Shown one piece after another: positions 28,823 through 32,000 of a stretch of DNA of 32,000 nucleotides (positions within the stretch are counted from its first letter, which is position 1; the number at the start of each line of letters is the position of its first letter). Below the pieces are notes generated by a model. That model was not told where the DNA came from and searched no databases. It saw only the letters and a list, made by a program, of their open reading frames with translations. Made by a program: the position numbers and the translations under genes. Where the stretch lies: positions 366,164-398,163 of the forward strand of contig NZ_LT606950.1 in NCBI RefSeq assembly GCF_900095195.1, written 5' to 3'. This DNA comes from Polynucleobacter necessarius (GTDB lineage: Bacteria; Pseudomonadota; Gammaproteobacteria; Burkholderiales; Burkholderiaceae).

Positions 28823-28878
28823 GGACGCTATTAGGTAGCAGTTACCTAAATTTATAAATCAATAACTTAGCGAACCAC

Positions 28879-28902
28879 AATGCCCTCTTAATTGAGGGCA
28901 TT
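28879..28902. terminator. stem-loop between the tRNA fragment and the lipoprotein pseudogene (candidate terminator)
   Basis: AATGCCCTC-TTAATT-GAGGGCATT, a perfect 9-bp stem followed by TATTTAAT on the + strand. Confidence 0.5.
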
Positions 28903-28905
28903 TAT

Positions 28906-29283
28906 TTAATCTTTACTGTAAGCCTTGCAGTCATTTCCCTTAAATTCATAGCTCACAACAACTTTATTCTCAATCTTAAAGATTGTCGTACAGGCGTTTG
29001 TATATCCTATTGCAGGGCTGCCGCCCACCATGTTTGTATATGGTTTTCTGGAATCATCACTGTATTAGCTCTTGCGGGTTGACCAGGTATTACGCCTGAT
29101 TCAGAGCGGGAATAAGTAAGGTATCTTACGCCTTCATTTTCATATGAGCCCTGAGGAATTCCCCGGGCGGCCACCAAGTCTTTTTCAGGCTTTCCTATCG
29201 TTGTCTGTGGGATTTTTTCGTAATTCGCTGTAGTTGCGCATCCAGCTAATAGAAGTCCAAGGATGGGTAGAGATTTTTTTCAT
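28906..29283 (-). pseudogene. small lipoprotein gene with two frameshifts
   Basis: ATG (complement of 29281-29283) is followed by A7 (complement of 29274-29280). With A6 the frame reads MKKSLPILGLLLAGCATTANYEKIPQTTIGKPEKDLVAARGIPQGSYENEGVRYLTYSRSESG, with the lipobox LLAGC. A second shift near 29065 is needed to reach ...KPYTNMVGGSPAIGYTNACTTIFKIENKVVVSYEFKGNDCKAYSKD and TAA (complement of 28906-28908). Confidence 0.55.
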
Positions 29284-29348
29284 TTGTATGGTTTTAGTCA
29301 TATGGTGAACATAGCCTATTGGGTAGCAAGCGTTGCTTTAAGTAACGC

Positions 29349-30126
29349 TTATAGTATTTTCTTGTTCTCAAGATTCGTGCTTGCGTTAACAGCTGCCAAA
29401 AGCCATTCTGCAATAGTGAGATTTGTTCTATCGGGTAGATCCGTTAGACCGAGATGAGAGGCTGCTTTACGAAGTTCGCCCAGCGTATGTGTTTCATCTT
29501 TGGTGTTGATTTGAGTGGCAAGCGTTTGTTTACTTAATTTCTCACCATTCTAATCTAAAACTAAGGGCGGGTGCTTGTAGCTCGGGGTTGAGTATCCTAA
29601 TATTTGTTGAGGATAAATTTGTCTATCGGTGTTGCTCAAAAGGTCTGATCCACGAACGATATGGGTAATGCCCTGCGAGGTGTCATCGACCACAACCGCA
29701 AGTTGATGGGTGAAGAGACCATCGATTGCGAGGAGTTTGAATGTTCTGAGCGGCTAGTCTGCTAGCAATCATTTGTCTTGAGCAGGCGCATGGGTAAAGT
29801 ACTTTTTGGCCATTTAGCGTCTCAAGAGCTTCCCAATAGTATTTTTGTCGGCTAGATTGATATAGGGGTTCCTCATCCCAAAAAAGACCACAGGCCTGTA
29901 ATTGGGACCGAATAATTTGATCTACACCAGGCACGCACCTTGGGGTATCTAAATCCTCAATTCTGAGTAGCCATTTCCCTGCATTTTTTCGGGCATTTAG
30001 CCAGTTTCCTGGGGCGGCAACTAATGAGCCAGCATGCAGTGGCCCAGTTGGCGAGGGGGCAAATCGCCCGCGATAGCCGTCGGCAAGGGTTGGAGGGTTT
30101 TGGGGGGTAGACACAGCTAAAATCAT
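29349..30126 (-). pseudogene. gluQ: glutamyl-Q tRNA(Asp) synthetase GluQ, eroded
   Basis: The N-terminus reads YRGRFAPSPTGPLHAGSLVAA...LLRIEDLDTPR...YPCACSR. About 50 codons between CSR and DGLF are missing, and there is a frameshift near 29700-29760. The sequence then reads [29 protein letters not shown]...PPLVLD-TAG-NGEKLSKQ, with an in-frame TAG (complement of 29550-29552). Confidence 0.8.
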
Positions 30127-30129
30127 CTC

Positions 30130-32000
30130 ATGGCTTCACCCCGTTTTGTACATCTTCGCATTCATTCCGAGTTTTCGATTACGGATGGAGTCGTGCGCAT
30201 TGATGATGCGGTGGCAGCTGCCGTTAAGGATGAGATGGGTGCCTTGGCCATTACTGATTTAAGTAATTTATTTGGTTTGGTGCGGTTTTACACTGCCGCA
30301 CGATCCAGTGGGGTTAAACCCATCGCCGGTGCGGATGTTTGGGTATCTAACTCCCAAGATCCTGACCAGCCCCACCGACTTTTGCTGTTGGTCCAAAACC
30401 ATTCTGGTTATCTCAATCTTTGTGAGTTGCTTAGTAGAGCCTCGCTTGATAATCAATCGCGTGGTCGAGCTGAAGTGGATTCCGCGTGGTTTAGTGAGCC
30501 TGCTGCCAAATCTGAGGATAAGAAAGCGAAGCGAACTTTGGCATATGGACTCATTGCCCTCTCTGGAGGGCGCATGGGGGAGGTTGGGAGTGCACTATTG
30601 GCTGGCCAAGAGGATCAGGCCAAGATTATTGCCAAGCGGTATGAAAAGCTGTTTCCGAAATCGTTTTATATTGAAGTGCAGCGTGGTGGGCGCCCTCAAG
30701 ACGAGAGGCAATTACAGCTTGCGTGCCATCTAGCTAGTGAGCTCGATTTACCCGTAGTGGCAACCCACCCTGTGCAGTTCATGCAAAAGAGCGATTTTAC
30801 TGCGCATGAGGCACGTGTTTGTATTGCTGCAGGTGAATTACTAGGTAACCCGCGCCGCCAAAAGAAATTTAATGAAGAGCAATACTTTTTAACGCAAGCG
30901 GAGATGGAGCAGCGGTTTGCTGATTTGCCTGCAGCATTAGCAAACTCTGTAGAGATCGCAAAACGTTGCAACTTATCCTTAGTGTTGGGTCAACCGCGTT
31001 TGCCAGATTTCCCAATTCCTCCAGGCATTACGCTTGATGAATTCTTGCTAGCCCAATCAGAGGCAGGTCTTGAGCGTCATATGGAGCGCAATTTTCCTGA
31101 TCCAGAAGAGCGCGCAAAAGAAATGCCGCGGTATCGCGAACGCCTTTTATTTGAAGCCAAGACCATTTCTCAAATGGGCTTCCCTGGCTACTTCCTGATC
31201 GTTGCTGACTTCATCAACTGGGCTAAAAATAATGGAGTGCCAGTGGGTCCCGGACGCGGGTCTGGCGCTGGCTCTTTAGTAGCGTATTCATTACGCATTA
31301 CCGATCTGGATCCATTGCGGTACAACTTGCTTTTTGAGCGTTTCTTGAATCCTGAGCGGGTATCTATGCCTGACTTTGATATCGACTTTTGCCAACATGG
31401 CCGTGATCGAGTCATTCAGTACGTCAAAGATAAGTATGGCAAAGACGCGGTCAGTCAAATTGCAACCTTTGGCACGATGGCGGCAAGAGCGGCGATTCGC
31501 GACGTGGGCCGTGTTTTGGAGCAAGGTTATAACTTCGTTGATGGCATCGCAAAATTAGTGCCGAATAAGCCGGGTCAATACATGACCATTGAAATGGCTA
31601 AAAAAGAAGAAAAGCAATTAGCCGAGCGAGAAAAAAATGAGGATGAAGTTCGACAATTACTTTCCTTGGCAGAGCAGCTCGAGGGAATGACGCGTAACGT
31701 GGGTATGCATGCTGGTGGCGTACTGATTGCACCAGGTCGACTCACCGATTTTTGCCCGCTTTATACCCAGGAAACAAAGGATCAAGACAGCTGTTCAGTC
31801 ATTAGTCAGTTCGATAAGGATGATGTCGAAGCAATTGGGCTCGTTAAGTTTGACTTTTTGGGGTTAACTACCCTTACGATTTTGGCTGCCGCAGAGCGTT
31901 GGATTAAAGCGCTTCATGCTGATCGCAAAGATTGGAGTATTAGTGATATTCCGCTTGATGATGAAAAGGCGTTTGATGTTTTAAAGCGAGCCAATACGGT
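30130..32000 (+). CDS. dnaE: DNA polymerase III alpha subunit DnaE, first about 623 codons (continues beyond window)
   Basis: Absent from the ORF track because there is no stop in the window. Own translation from ATG 30130 gives MASPRFVHLRIHSEFSITDGVVRIDD (PHP domain) ...GFPGYFLIVADFINWAKNNGVPVGPGRGSGAGSLVAYSLRITDLDPL...FERFLNPERVSMPDFDIDF...HAGGVLIAP. The frame is open to 32000. Confidence 0.9.
   Translation, partial: MASPRFVHLRIHSEFSITDGVVRIDDAVAAAVKDEMGALAITDLSNLFGLVRFYTAARSSGVKPIAGADVWVSNSQDPDQPHRLLLLVQNHSGYLNLCELLSRASLDNQSRGRAEVDSAWFSEPAAKSEDKKAKRTLAYGLIALSGGRMGEVGSALLAGQEDQAKIIAKRYEKLFPKSFYIEVQRGGRPQDERQLQLACHLASELDLPVVATHPVQFMQKSDFTAHEARVCIAAGELLGNPRRQKKFNEEQYFLTQAEMEQRFADLPAALANSVEIAKRCNLSLVLGQPRLPDFPIPPGITLDEFLLAQSEAGLERHMERNFPDPEERAKEMPRYRERLLFEAKTISQMGFPGYFLIVADFINWAKNNGVPVGPGRGSGAGSLVAYSLRITDLDPLRYNLLFERFLNPERVSMPDFDIDFCQHGRDRVIQYVKDKYGKDAVSQIATFGTMAARAAIRDVGRVLEQGYNFVDGIAKLVPNKPGQYMTIEMAKKEEKQLAEREKNEDEVRQLLSLAEQLEGMTRNVGMHAGGVLIAPGRLTDFCPLYTQETKDQDSCSVISQFDKDDVEAIGLVKFDFLGLTTLTILAAAERWIKALHADRKDWSISDIPLDDEKAFDVLKRANT

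Noticed and set aside
28752-29350. Integrated mobile element or prophage remnant next to the tRNA fragment
   Set aside because: No integrase, transposase, terminal inverted repeat or second copy of the tRNA 3' segment is visible in the window. Only a lipoprotein pseudogene lies there, so the att-scar idea is kept as one alternative rather than a feature.
29263-29457. 64-aa + strand ORF
   Set aside because: It overlaps the lipoprotein start region and the antisense gluQ 3' homology. It is hydrophobic low-complexity sequence with no RBS.
30272-31558. Track ORFs 30272-30733 (+), 30268-30456 (-), 30696-30971 (-), 31188-31415 (-), 31291-31524 (-) and 31376-31558 (+)
   Set aside because: All lie inside the dnaE reading frame that opens at 30130, either off-frame or antisense. 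dnaE homology is unambiguous in that frame.
1-32000. CRISPR arrays, rRNA genes, IS elements, toxin-antitoxin or defence-type gene clusters
   Set aside because: No regularly spaced repeats, rRNA-like sequence, transposase or integrase motifs, or suspicious small gene pairs were found on either strand.

Overview
Chromosomal window, roughly 45% G+C by eye, with Burkholderiales-type beta-proteobacterial gene content. The low GC and gene order recall Polynucleobacter; this is from memory, not a search. Intact housekeeping blocks: phaZ (partial), aminotransferase and uvrB; a complete iscR-iscS-iscU-iscA-hscB-hscA-fdx Fe-S operon; fpr and dsbB; a recJ-prfB-lysS operon with the canonical prfB +1 frameshift site; lolC-lolD-tatD; and dnaE (partial). 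phaZ and dnaE run off the window edges and are missing from the ORF track. Interleaved with these, every recognisable gene for sulfate uptake, sulfate activation and cysteine synthesis is broken: (1) a cysH 5' remnant is fused onto cysN and cysD is deleted; (2) cysB has an in-frame TAA; (3) cysA is reduced to about half length; (4) only the 3' third of cysW survives and cysT is gone; (5) sbp has at least 3 frameshifts; (6) cysK has 2 frameshifts plus an active-site substitution; (7) a SufS-like desulfurase has PLP-Lys to Arg, a 12-bp tandem duplication and a 3' frameshift. A second patch of decay lies between tatD and dnaE: a tRNA-Ile(CAU)-like 3' fragment, a frameshifted lipoprotein gene and an eroded gluQ. 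Together this looks like ongoing reductive genome evolution with pathway-specific loss of sulfur assimilation, as expected for a host-dependent bacterium. No mobile element, CRISPR array, rRNA or defence-type gene cluster could be supported. The least understood intact genes are a DUF2325-like ORF after the isc operon, a stand-alone degenerate EAL-domain protein downstream of the dead sbp, and a 332-aa protein translationally coupled to recJ. ORF-track coordinates include the stop codon.
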